From Owenia fusiformis (taxonomy: Eukaryota): 64,000 nt of DNA. The position numbers were made by a program, and so were the translations under genes. The stretch lies in assembly GCA_903813345.2 (NCBI GenBank), contig CAIIXF020000001.1:23312001-23376000 (forward strand). The letters run 5' to 3'. The notes beneath the pieces were generated by a model. It was not told the origin of the DNA, searched no databases, and saw nothing but the letters and a program-made list of their open reading frames with translations. Shown here in pieces: positions 1 through 11,694 of this stretch (the first letter of the stretch is position 1; every line of letters starts with the position of its first letter).

Positions 1-278
1 AACTCTAGAAGAGCTTAATTACCAATTATACCATGCACCCTCTTTGCCCTCCGTTGCATTTTTCTTAGGATGGCCAGGCATATTTCAAATTGAAGAGTAA
101 AGTCAGTTAAAGTGATATATAGCTGTATATATAAGGGTTATGTACTGGGAGGTTTTGGATATGGGGTTTATCCAGAGGGAGATATGCATATCTACCCGAG
201 GGACCGTAGGGACCGAAGGTAGATGTGCCTATCTCACGAGGGATGAACTCCATATCCAAACCGACCGTACATAACTGC

Positions 279-540
279 TTTATCCTATACCAAGTAGAGT
301 TTTGAGGGGCATATGGCCATTTCAATAGTAAAAATAAAAAATCATTCATATGCAGTCATTTTATTGCATTTCCACTACTTACCGGAAGCGGGAAGATATG
401 CACCGAAGCGGGAAGATATGCACCGAAGCGGGAGATATGGCGGGAGATATGGAGGTTCTGGATATGGAAACCTCAAAATCAAGATACGGGATATATCTTA
501 CCAAGTTATCTCCCTAAAACTCTACTTGGCATAGGATAAA
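279..540. mobile_element. Small MITE-like element with ~30-bp imperfect TIRs
   Basis: tttatcctataccaagtagagtttt at 279 is the near reverse complement of aaaactctacttggcataggataaa ending 540; internal 20-bp direct repeat caccgaagcgggaagatatg. No TSD identified. Confidence 0.55.
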
Positions 541-2447
541 ACAACGTATCTTTCACTTGATACTGTGATGTCAAGCTTAAGCATTCAAACAGTGTATTTT
601 GTCCCAAGATACAATAAAGTACTGATTTCATTTATTTATCAATTCAGATGCCTTGGAATTAATGTAAACACTTGGTATATATTACCAATATTATTTTTAC
701 TTATTATTGGTAGTACAATGACCAGGTTTCCTTTAATGTCTTTTGTCGTACTGTGCAGTTTGTAAAAAGAAAATTCAGAAAGTTGCAGTCTTGTATGAAA
801 AACTGGTGAAAATCATACTTGCTACAGCTTTTCCCATTTTCAGAAGCCAATAGATCTGTACGTGATATTTCACGATATCTGACAGTTTTTTTGTCCTTTT
901 GGGTCTTTTTAAAAGTACATACAGAAGTGAATATTTGATCTAGAGCTCTGAAACTTCCAATATCAGAACTTGGTAGCATTATGTCTTGGTATCTTATGTT
1001 TGGGGTCTAAAAAAGTCACAGATGTTGAGAAAAATATTCATTAAGCAGCAGTTTCAGTTCAAAGTTAGTTAAAACTGCACTCACGACAGCTTTCTCTATT
1101 TTTGAACGCCGATAGATCGGTAAGTATTAGAATTAGGACCATGAAACTGCTCATATTATGTAGTCTTTGTGGTACTTTCTCATTGCAAAGGTAATTTGGA
1201 AACACTGTGACTTACATTTCATGCGTTAGTGAACACTGAAAATGAAACATCCTATTAGATTTCATCATGATACATTGTACAAAATTGAAAACGTATATAT
1301 AAAATATGTAGAGTCCTATATTTTAGTAATGAATGAATTACAATGTCAAGGAACAAGTGAAAATGTTAAAAATGCATTGATTTGCTTTCTATCATTATAA
1401 GTTTTTAATTGTATGCTGCAAAATGATAACATTGACCACGCCCACTTTCCAGGGGTAGGGTACTATAAAGTCATATTAAAAATCATAAATAGTACATTAT
1501 CATTATTATAATTGTATTACAATATCAAACAAAGCTTGAATTAGTTTTTAGAAAACAATTTTGAGCTATTTAAGCTGCCATCTTTTGCTGGAAGCTACAA
1601 ATATAAGATACGTGAGACTTAAAAATGACTAAAATTGCATATTTTTTTCCTATTAATTGCAATATTTCTGAGACTAATACAGATATCGGCCTATAACTTT
1701 AGGATATTATTCATCTTTGGACTAGTAATGTGTGCTGTAGAAAGCAGAACAATAGCAACTATATCCTTTATGTTATGAAATAGTCTTATAGTACCCCCTG
1801 AAATCGCAGGAATTGAAGTCCAATTCGGCCGTGAAAATTGTTTTTACCACTTTAAAGGCCATCACCTTATATTTTCTTACACCTACTAGGTCACTCTAAC
1901 ATACTGCATTGCCAAAAGTTACTTCTTGCAAACTTCCGGCAAAACCGTGCCAGCATCTGATACATAAATGTAAACATCAAATCAGTAGATTACAGGAATT
2001 TCAGAGAAGTGATTGGGATTCCAAAGGTCATTACAAGAATGCTTTCGTAAAATCATGGTTCTGAAATCAATTTCTGTTACCATGGATATCATGAAGTTAT
2101 AGAGAACAATAGAGTTAAGAATTCTTAATTCACGAAGGGTTCTTAACAATCCCCTGATAATGATATTAATATGCAGTTGAAGATTTACAGCCAGCTTGTC
2201 AACATAACCATTACAACTGGTATTTTCTTATTCTGATACCCTGGAATATCGTTTCTGAGAGTGAAAATCATTTATAAATGCACCATGAAGCAACACTTGC
2301 AAGTATGACCAATCATGAATATCAGCATATTTTTTTAGGTTTCGCGACCTAATAGAAATATTTTTACTTTAATGCATTATCATCAAATATAGGAGGTAAG
2401 TTTGTCATTGCACTTTCTTGCATGGATTTTTTCAGAAGTTTATTTAA

Positions 2448-3141
2448 CCTTTACCATGCTGCCTTATTTCAGCAAATATATCCCACGCAACTGGCTTATT
2501 TTTCAAAGAGTGCAAAAAATGATATACCTGGACTAAATAATTAATATCTCAATAACTACTGAATGAATCTGGATAAAATTTTCACAAAGGGAAGATACAG
2601 TGGCCTGGCTCATGAAAAAAATGTTCTCATGAATTTATTCGTACATTAACACGACTGGGCATAAATATACCATGAATACTCCTCCGGAATCCGCCGCTCC
2701 GCCTCTTCGTCTGGACAGAATCCAAATCTGAATTTGCAGCGATCGAATGTTCAATTTTTCAATTCAGAAAATATTCTAGTTTCTATTTTCGATGACCGTT
2801 ATCGGCTTCCAAGAGCCTAAAGAGCTCGAAATCGTAATCCATTTCCTCCACATTTTCGTTGTGATCGTATTTGTCCACCATTTTGTACGATTCGTTCACT
2901 AAAAACGACTAAAACACTGTTTAAATTGTTGAATTGAGAATTATTTTTCGAAATATCGCCATTTCTAGGTCAACAGGAAGTCATGTTAGGCACTGAATAA
3001 ATCGGGCAATCTAATTGGACAATACGAATGGCGCGAAAAAGTAAAGTTTTTAAAAGTTTGAAATCGGACGTACGGGTCCGCCGGCAGTTGTGAGAGACAT
3101 TTTAGTCTCGGTGGACTCGTCCGCCGGCAGCACGCTAAAGG
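2448..3141. mobile_element. piggyBac-type non-autonomous element (TTAA TSD)
   Basis: TTAA|cctttaccatgctgcc at 2444-2463 and ggcagcacgctaaagg|TTAA at 3126-3145; 14/16 TIR match; TTAA on both sides. Confidence 0.65.
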
Positions 3142-4029
3142 TTAATTTCAACAGGCAGTTTCAAATGTTACTTGCCATGATCCCAAAACTTTTGCTACTG
3201 TTTCAACTATAGCGACAACTGGTCAATTTTAACATGTGAACAATGGATACAAAGTAATCTATTTCTCACAGAAAATACACTATTTCTCAACAGATGTGAC
3301 ATTCTGGTGCTGGACTGTTAGGTAGTCAAATAACTGTTGCTTCAGAATAAATAATTACCATGAACATGTCAGAGATGCATCAAAATGAGAGAAGCCACAC
3401 AGCTGATATTCAAACCACAAGCAATCCAAAAATATCAAAACATTTTGCATCAAAAATATCAATACACGTCCATCTTTCAATGTACCATTTATCTTATGGC
3501 TGTTTTCTCTGATTGGTTATCTTCTAAGTCATCATCTTCAACACTTATTACCTTGATTGATTGATTGATTAACTTGATTCTATATTTGTCAAGTAGACTG
3601 ATTTCAAAGGTTTTTCGAGATTGTATCCCTCTGGAATGAAGAGATATACTCTAGGACATTTTGAAACTCTACTGGTTTGGATTTACCCCTTTTGAAAGTG
3701 AAGTGAACACCTTTTCAGTTTAAATCAGACAAAACTTTTGTGACATTGAGAGAATGGATTTATGGATGTTAGAATTGATTGAGGTCAGAATCATGTGTAT
3801 GGCTAATGCTGAAAATGTTTTGTTCCCTAAACATTATCTAGATAGACAGAAATAGAGTTTCCACCTCGACTGATAGAAATAAGTCGTGATCTGCACAGAG
3901 GCACCTGAAACTTTCCATAGTTTCACAAACAACGCCTACTGATGTTTGGAACATTTGGAGATCAAAAGTATCCAGTAATTTAGTTTCAGGCACAAGCGGA
4001 TTATTGCCTGTGTGTAAAGGCATGGGATC

Positions 4030-4484
4030 CACAGGCAATGGAACATAGAAATAATCCCCCCCCCACTCTCTATATATAAGTAAAATAAAACAGGAACTTA
4101 ACGGAGAAACTTGACCCAGTTTTTTTGCCAGTCATATTACTGCTACTGAGGGTTGTCATTCAGTATTTTTCATACCTATGCAAAGATTATACATTGAATA
4201 CGATTTATAGTTACTTACCAATACCAACTCAACCTAGTTATACTGGAAAATTGCAAAATTGTGACGAAAAAATTGACCGTTTTGGATTCACCACATTTCG
4301 GCGGCCACCAACAGCGACATCTATCATATCCACGACAAATGTCACACTATTTCATTATTTTATTTTATTTGAAAATAACTACAAGTGAGACTTGAACAAT
4401 GGATTTGTGGCTTGAAATAGATTCTTATTTTACTTATATATAGAGAGTGGGGAGGGGGATTATTTCTATGTTCCATTGCCTGTG
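4030..4484. mobile_element. MULE/Mutator-type MITE (9-bp TSD)
   Basis: ~60-bp TIRs (cacaggcaatggaacatagaaataatcccc... / ...ggggattatttctatgttccattgcctgtg); perfect 9-bp direct repeat CATGGGATC at 4021-4029 and 4485-4493. Confidence 0.85.
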
Positions 4485-4512
4485 CATGGGATCAGTTGAA
4501 AGCCCATGGTAA

Positions 4513-4697
4513 TAGTCATATAAATCTGACCCTCGTATGATGTTATTTGTTGTTATTTTTTCTGATTTGGATATTTATTTTTCTTATTTTCTTGCATACG
4601 AGGACCGTGTATGCAAAGAAAATGATAAAAAATAAATATCCAAATAAGAACAAGGAATATCGAAGAACGGCATACAACGGTCGGATTTATATGACTA
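4513..4697. mobile_element. hAT-type MITE, short derivative of the element at 4747-6064
   Basis: Termini tagtcatataaatctgacc / ggtcggatttatatgacta; 8-bp flanks catggtaa / tatggtaa (1 mismatch); ends match those of 4747-6064. Confidence 0.8.
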
Positions 4698-4746
4698 TAT
4701 GGTAAAGGCTACAGTATCAGAATCAGTCAGCAGCCTTTGACATAGG

Positions 4747-6064
4747 TAGTCATATAAATCTGACCCTCGTATGATGTTATTTGTTGTTATTTTTTCCGAT
4801 TTGGATATTTATTTTTTCTTATTTTCTTGCATACTAGGGTCATACACACTCCTCGCATCTAAATTGCGGGAAATGCTTTCCTGGCCTGTCTACCCAACCA
4901 AATTCACACAAATGATAAATAAATTTCTTTGCTTCAACTATAAAGTATTTAATCTTACCTTAGACACATAAAACGCTTGGTAATTGAAGAAATATAAGCA
5001 TGCCGCTTGAATTTTAAAATTTTTTCATTTTGCCATGCCAAGGTCACTTCCGGGTTAATCTAAGTCTAGATGTAAAACTATATCAAACGAAATCATAAGT
5101 ACTTGTTGCACGAAGATTCAGTTGAAAGGGAAGCAGTGTCGTTAAGAAGGGAAGTTATTTGGAAAAGTTATTGTTTCAAAATGAGAAAAGTAATAAGAAT
5201 TATCTACGCCCCTTACACTTGAGATACCTACCTCAATGCATTATAGAACTCAAGATGTAACTTCTAATATATTGGAACCGCCGATTGTCTGGGTATATCG
5301 GCAGAACGGGAACATTTTCTCTTTTTCATCGAGAGAGATTCCATCACTTTTCAAAATGGCGGTTGGATTTAAAAGGGGAATCCCCCGTTTGGCTGTCCCG
5401 GATGTAGCCCGGAAGTACCAATATGGAGGAATTTGACGGTTGAAATAAGTTAAATGTTACACGCAAATATTGCGATCAAAAACGAAAATGTCTTCGTTCT
5501 GCTGATAAACCCAGACAATTGTGGATTCAACTACACGAAAAGAATGCTAAATTACCAAGGAATCTATTGAAGTAGGTATCTGAAGTGTAAGATAAGTAAA
5601 AAATTCTCCCATGTTGTAATCGCACAGGCAAAAGATTGAGATGTTCACAGGACCATAGTCTGGGAACGGGATAATTGGAATCGATCTCTGTGTAATAAAT
5701 AATTATGATTCAGTTTCGCTAGATGTTTTACATTTAGACTACCGGAAACAACATTCAGCAACATGGCGGGCGATAATGAAAATATAATTCAATTGATTAT
5801 ATTTCGTCAATTATCAAGCGTTTTACATGTCTAAGGTAAGATTTAACACTTTGATGTTGGAGCTAAATAATTACTCGATAATTTGTGTGACTTTGGTTAG
5901 TATGGTAACTATGGTTACTAAGACAGGCCAGAAAAGCGTTTACCGCAATTTGTCAGCAATAATATCTACGACCGTATATGCTAAGAAAATGATAAAAAAT
6001 AAATATCCAAATAGGAACAAGGAATATCGAAGAACAGCATACAACGGTCGGATTTATATGACTA
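4747..6064. mobile_element. hAT-type non-autonomous foldback element (8-bp TSD)
   Basis: TAG...CTA termini, perfect TSD GACATAGG at 4739-4746 and 6065-6072; interior is a long imperfect palindrome (~4910-5060 vs ~5750-5880; ~5210-5330 vs ~5470-5590). Confidence 0.85.
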
Positions 6065-6259
6065 GACATAGGTAACTCAGGACAAGTTGTTTAATTATGC
6101 AGAGTCCCGTTTCTTTCGCTGCGAAATTGTCACGAGAATAATTCAACACAGCTGTAGCTGGAAGGCAATAAACCGAGAAGAACCTGCAATGTTTTGATAT
6201 GATTCACAATGTTTTCTTCTTCACAAAAAAAATAAATCAGTAAAAAAATACATCCTCAC

Positions 6260-6312
6260 CTAAACTTAGGAGAGTCCTTTAGGCACTCGTTGAAATCTAT
6301 GTTAGGACGCAT
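6260..6312 (-). CDS. ACAP: First coding exon of an ACAP (centaurin-beta; BAR-PH-ArfGAP-ankyrin) gene; the rest presumably lies left of the window
   Basis: ATG at 6312 reads MRPNIDFNECLKDSPKF(R), then AG|GTGAGG donor at 6259. Matches the ACAP N-terminal motif DFxECLKDSPxFR. Too short for the ORF track. No exon 2 found in 1-6000. Confidence 0.85.
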
Positions 6313-6610
6313 TTTCTGGTTCTTGGATTGTGTATCTTTAAACGGTTTATGTTAATCCTTAGTTAAATCTCATGATATGGTGTAATGAACGTATTTTAGT
6401 AGTGTACAAAACTTCAAAATTTTACTTCCATGTTGAATGACTAAACGAGGTCAAAGGTCATTGTCAGAAAATAATCAAGATTATTACTAAATTACAAATA
6501 TAATACCCAATTCGGTATATAAATGTATTATTATTATATTCTATATGTATTTAAAAAAATCTATCAAAAAATTGTTTATTTGCAAAATTAATGAAATCTC
6601 GTGCACTCGC
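6313..6610. promoter_or_regulatory. Probable bidirectional promoter between ACAP and enolase
   Basis: ~300-bp AT-rich gap between ACAP ATG (-) and the putative enolase leader exon (+). Inferred from geometry only. Confidence 0.5.
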
Positions 6611-6677
6611 TAATCTCGTTCTCTAGCAGCCATTTCTAGGTCAAGCTTCTTGTTATTTTGTGCCGGTGAATAGTTTG
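6610..6677 (+). other. ENO: Putative non-coding first exon of enolase
   Basis: Strong donor TTG|GTAAGT at 6678 after a pyrimidine-rich start; the enolase ATG exon opens with an acceptor (tttcag, 13717), so an upstream leader exon is needed. Start approximate. Confidence 0.5.
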
Positions 6678-7427
6678 GTAAGTATCGGGAGCAGTTTGTA
6701 ATGAATCACTATTCTAATGAAATACGGAACTAAAATAGGTATGGAAGATAATATTGTACAATTGTCAAGACTTTCTTACTTGAACAGTATTCACACGGAT
6801 GAGTAGAAGAAGTGACCTTCATCAAAGTCATCATTCATTTTTGTCTTTTTTCATTTTGGCATGTTGGTAATTTTCTTTTGTTGCAGATAAGGTTATTCTT
6901 TACCTCAACATCACTATTAAGAATTTTGTATTTTATTTGCACTTGCTCATTTTGTTAATTAGCCTTTGGTGTAGATTTTGACTTGTGTTTGTTCAACTTT
7001 TGACCTCTAAAAAATATTGGTCAAATGATTTATAACTGTAGGTTAGGGGGTTTTGACCTTGGCTGGTTGCTCTTTTGAGTCTTAGATAAGAGACCAGAGA
7101 AATTTGCATGGTTGCACAATCTAAAATCTCTGCATCTTTTAGTATTAGTTGCATCTTTTACAAAATAGCGGAGCAGGGGGTACACGTTAGATCTAGTATG
7201 TATCCAACAGACTGACTAGAAGTCAGTCTGTTATGATGTACTACTTTCCTGTGGAAATTGCAGTGAAATTTTTTGCATAAAATTATCAATTAGAGGAACA
7301 ATTTCGTCAATAAAATAAACATTACAAAATTTCAATTAAATAGTAAGGTACAATTAAATGCAATAAAAAGTAACACAGCATATTGTCAAGTGGAAATAAA
7401 GCTAGTGAAGTAACAAATGTGCAAATT

Positions 7428-10410
7428 CACTGGGGGGTATCGTGATGCAACAACACCGTGTTGTTGCATCAAGATGGCCAGACTTCCGGTGATAGATTTT
7501 CGTACGATGTTTTGTTTTCCCAATTTACACCCATTTCTAGGACGAATTGCTCAATAATCATACACATGCAGTTAGCCCATAATCTATATTTTAAAAAACT
7601 GTCATAGGTATACATGTAGCATAATCAAGAAGCGATAAATTCGTGGTTTTAATTCCTCACTATTGATGCAACAACACCACTCTGTTTCTTATCGATGATG
7701 CAACAACACCAATGTGCTGATGCAAAAACGCCAATATAATGTATCATTGAACAACAAGAGAAACTATTTTATGTTCTGTTTACAGGTGAAGGTCGGGACA
7801 TGAATAAAACGCGTGAGTCAGTGGTCCATGAACGAAACGTATTTTGTTTGGTTTCTTTGTCTATATCAAAGTTAAAAGGATATACAAGGCAAACTAAATA
7901 AAGTACTGAATCCCCGGGAGGCAATCTCATTGATATTGTATCTGAAAAATAAAGATTATACATTTTCTAAATTAAATGCCCTTGATTAACCGTATGGAAA
8001 TTGTTTACAAATAACTAATATAATTTTGGAAAGGCAACAGATATCAGTCAATTTGTGTTGTTGGTACCTCAATTGAAATACTCAATTCTGATTGGTTGAT
8101 GAGCGGTCAACAAAATGTATTGTTAGTACCTCAACAGAAATACTCGATTCTGATTGGTTGATTAGCGGTCAAAATTATGTACTGTTGACCGCTACTAGGT
8201 ACTGTTGTAAACATTGATGAAAATGACTTTACTAGGCGACAAGTATAGCAAAAATACAAATAGAAACTTAAAATTAATCAATTAATTCACTAACGAGTAC
8301 GCCGCGATGTGCCAAATACAGAGTTAAGCTACTTACACTGTCTCCAGATTTTCTAAAAAAAATATTGCTAACGTGGTTCGGAGAAAAGGTTGTGAAATGA
8401 AGCCATGCCGATTGATGATTGTCGTTTATATGTGTATTAGTTTACTCGGACTAACAAAAAAATTGTAGACCTCTCCATTAGATCAACCGTCAAAATCAAA
8501 TACCTAGACTGTAAACTTCGGTCTCTGTCAACAGTAGTTTTTCGGTTTACAGTCTCGGTATACAATTTTGCCGGTTGACCTCTGGGGAGGTCAACAATTG
8601 TAAACTGTTGACCATTACTAGGTACTGTTGACCGCTATTTTTGAAAAATTGTTTTTTTAATGTTGAAATTTTTTTAATTTTGAAAAAATAAGTTATGTAA
8701 AAAATTACAAGTATTCGACGGTTTGGGGATTTTTTGCTAAAATATGATACCTTTACTTATCAAATATGTTCACGTGATATTCGATTATATATTCGTCCAA
8801 TTATTATATTATTTGGACGAACAAAACAATTGTTAACTTAACCTCTCTTTTCGGTCAACTGGCAAAAGTGTCCTCGACCTCTGGTCTTGATCAACAGTAC
8901 TTTCAAGTTTCACAGTATCGGTATACAATTTTGCCAGTTGACCTTAAGAGAGGTCTACAATTTTATATAATATCCTTCAAATTATTATATTCTTCGGACT
9001 AACAAACGAATTGTTAACCTCTCTTTTCGGTCAACTGGCCAAAGTGTATACCTCAACAGTAAACCCTGAGAGCACTGTTGACCTCGACCTCCGAACTTTC
9101 AAGGATTACAGTATCGGTATACGATTTTGCCAGTTGACCTCAAGAGAGGTCTACAATTGTATATTGTATATTCTTTGTTATCCCACCCAAAGTATGATGT
9201 CATATATCAAGTTGAAGAGTTGTATACGCTGCTCAGGAGTTTACGCTATCCAGGAGTTGTACATCGTTCTCAAGAGATGTATAGGATGAGTGTTGGTGTA
9301 ATGATATTGCAGTTATACAATGCTATTATATAAAGGTTATTTACTGAGAGGGATTCAATATTGGTTTTATTCCGAGAGACAATATGATATTTCCCGAGAG
9401 CCTGGGATATCTGGGATAACTGTACCCCTATCAATTTACCTTTTTGGGCCCTTAATCTTCACTTTTGTTTACCTTTTTACTCAGTCGGAGAGAAGGAATC
9501 CAAAGAGAGCAATAATTCTACATGTGCGTCGTGCAAGATTTCCATTAAACGTGTAACTAAACGGCCTCTCTAATAAAGTCAACTAGACGTTTTTACACGT
9601 TGGCTCTCTAAATTGGAGGAAATAAAGAATCATATCATATTATATCATAGATGAAGCAATCATCCCATCAACATAAGCTCACGAATGTCACAGTTAAACT
9701 GTTTTAGTTATAATTTGATAAACAGTGGCAACGTACATCTACTAGTTTATCACTGTTCCACAGATGGATGACAGATAATTTCCAATAGCTCGTCATGTTT
9801 ACCGAGAACGAAAGATGTTTGTCCACCATTTTGAATGATACTAACTGGAGTCAGGGTCATCAAGCTATGGAACAGTGGTTTATGAAAATAGATTGGGTTA
9901 CTAAAGCTTGCCATGTTAAAGGCGATTGAACTATGTTATAGAACAACGTCCAGTACATTATAATATTTAATCGCCCGCAGGACGTGTATTTTAAATGCCT
10001 TGAGAAGAACGCAAATATGGGTAATGGGTAACGGTGTTGCAATAGTAGCATTTGAAAATCTGTTCCTCTCGAGATTTATGGTCTTCTGAAATTATACTAT
10101 TAATTGGTGTTGCTGCATCATTGCTCAAATCTAGAGGAGTGTTGTTGCATCTTCGGTTTGGTGTTGTTGCATCAATAGTGAGGAATTATAACCGTGAAGT
10201 TATTGCTTCTTGATGATGCTACATGTATACTAATGACAGTTTCTTTAAATATAGATCGTGCGCTAACTGCACGTGTAAGGTTATTGAGCAACTCGTCCTA
10301 GAAATGGGTTTAAATTGGGGAAACAAAATATCGTACGAAAATCTATCACCGGAAGTATGGCCATCTTGATGCAACAACACGGTGTTGTTGCATCACGATA
10401 CTCCCCAGTG
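7428..10410. mobile_element. Non-autonomous Transib-like element (CAC termini, 5-bp TSD, ~300-bp TIRs)
   Basis: Starts CACTGGGGGGTATCGTGATGCAACAACACC, ends GGTGTTGTTGCATCACGATACTCCCCAGTG; TSD AAATT at 7423-7427 and 10411-10415; subterminal GATGCAACAACACC repeats; no transposase ORF. Superfamily call is inference. Confidence 0.8.
8050..9170. repeat. Degenerate internal repeats, probably a nested element inside 7428-10410
   Basis: Two copies of gtacctcaa...attctgattggttgat.agcggtcaa (8060-8170) and ~3 copies of a module cctctc...ggtcaa...cagtatcggtatac.attttgcc.gttgacct...aggtc.acaattg (8450-9160). Confidence 0.5.
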
Positions 10411-11694
10411 AAATTGAATTTACCCAATCGGCCATTTTGAATAGCACTTCCTATGTAAACAAATATTTAGGATTACCAAACTTTAACATAGGTGCCTTAT
10501 AGTCTGAATATAATTCAGACTAAATAGGATATAGTCTAGGGTACACGTATGTGTTGTAAGATGGTGTACTTATTGTTCAACCTCATCCTCACAGGTATGA
10601 GGTACAGCAAGAAGCCTGCACTACTGGTAAAGAGGGGTGACGTCAATGCAGTAGCCTGAAAGTCATTCCAGAGTATTTCAACAAACGGATGCTTCTCTGC
10701 CATAGTGTTTTCAAAAAGATAAACATGGCTGAAATTCTTAAATTACAAGAGGGCACAGGCTCATTGCACAAAAAAACTAAATAATCTGAAATATACAAAT
10801 GTCATTCATGTACAATATGAATATACTTTTCCATCTTACACAATGGTCTCCTGATTTCTTATTTTTGAGGTTCTACTGACGCAATAAAACGGTGAAATGG
10901 GCTGTAGATGGAGATGTAGAATTTGTCAAGACAAAAACAGAAGTCAATAAAGCAAGCCTCAATAAACATTTATAATGTAAAAGAAATGTATCTTACGCTA
11001 CAGTACCACATAGATTTGATCAAGGCCAAAACAATGCTGGGAAATATAAAATATTCATAATGTAGCACCTCATTAAGACCAGGGTACATGTGACCCCCCG
11101 GGAAGTGACCCTATTGAGGGTTGCAGCAAAATTCCGAACATGTACCCTGACCTTAAATAGGTTATAAGTACAGAATATACTTTTGATAGGACATTTGATT
11201 AATAAATATGAGATCAATCTAAAAATGTCTTAAATAATGTCAAAGACAGAAATCATAATTTCAGAATTACATAAGAGCAGCATACATAGATTAGAATGAA
11301 ATTGTGATTTATTTAAATCACATATTCATGGATGCAATATAAGTACACATTTGTGTGAAAATTCCATCATGATTGAGAAGGTTATTCCAAAATAAATAAG
11401 AAGGTATCCTTTTGGGCTTTCCCTATATATTATTTTTTCTATACCTTTCAGTTGCGTTCATGTGATGTTCAAACTGTTTACCGCTTTACTAACAGTTAAT
11501 ACAACACCTATACTTTGGAAAGGTATATTCCTCATTTGTTTTAATCTTACATCCTTTATTCTGTAAATTTTTGTTTGTATTTATTTTTCATCTTTATGTT
11601 GTTTCTGTGCTTGTTTAACCTTTAACATTAACCTTCTTGTTCTGCATTTATGTGGACTGTAGCTCAAACTGCATGTAGCTTTCAACATTATCTG

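Noticed and set aside
6065-6185. Minus-strand acceptor at 6184 as ACAP exon 2
   Set aside because: Downstream reading (FFSVYCLPATAV...) does not resemble the ACAP BAR domain and is interrupted by three transposons.
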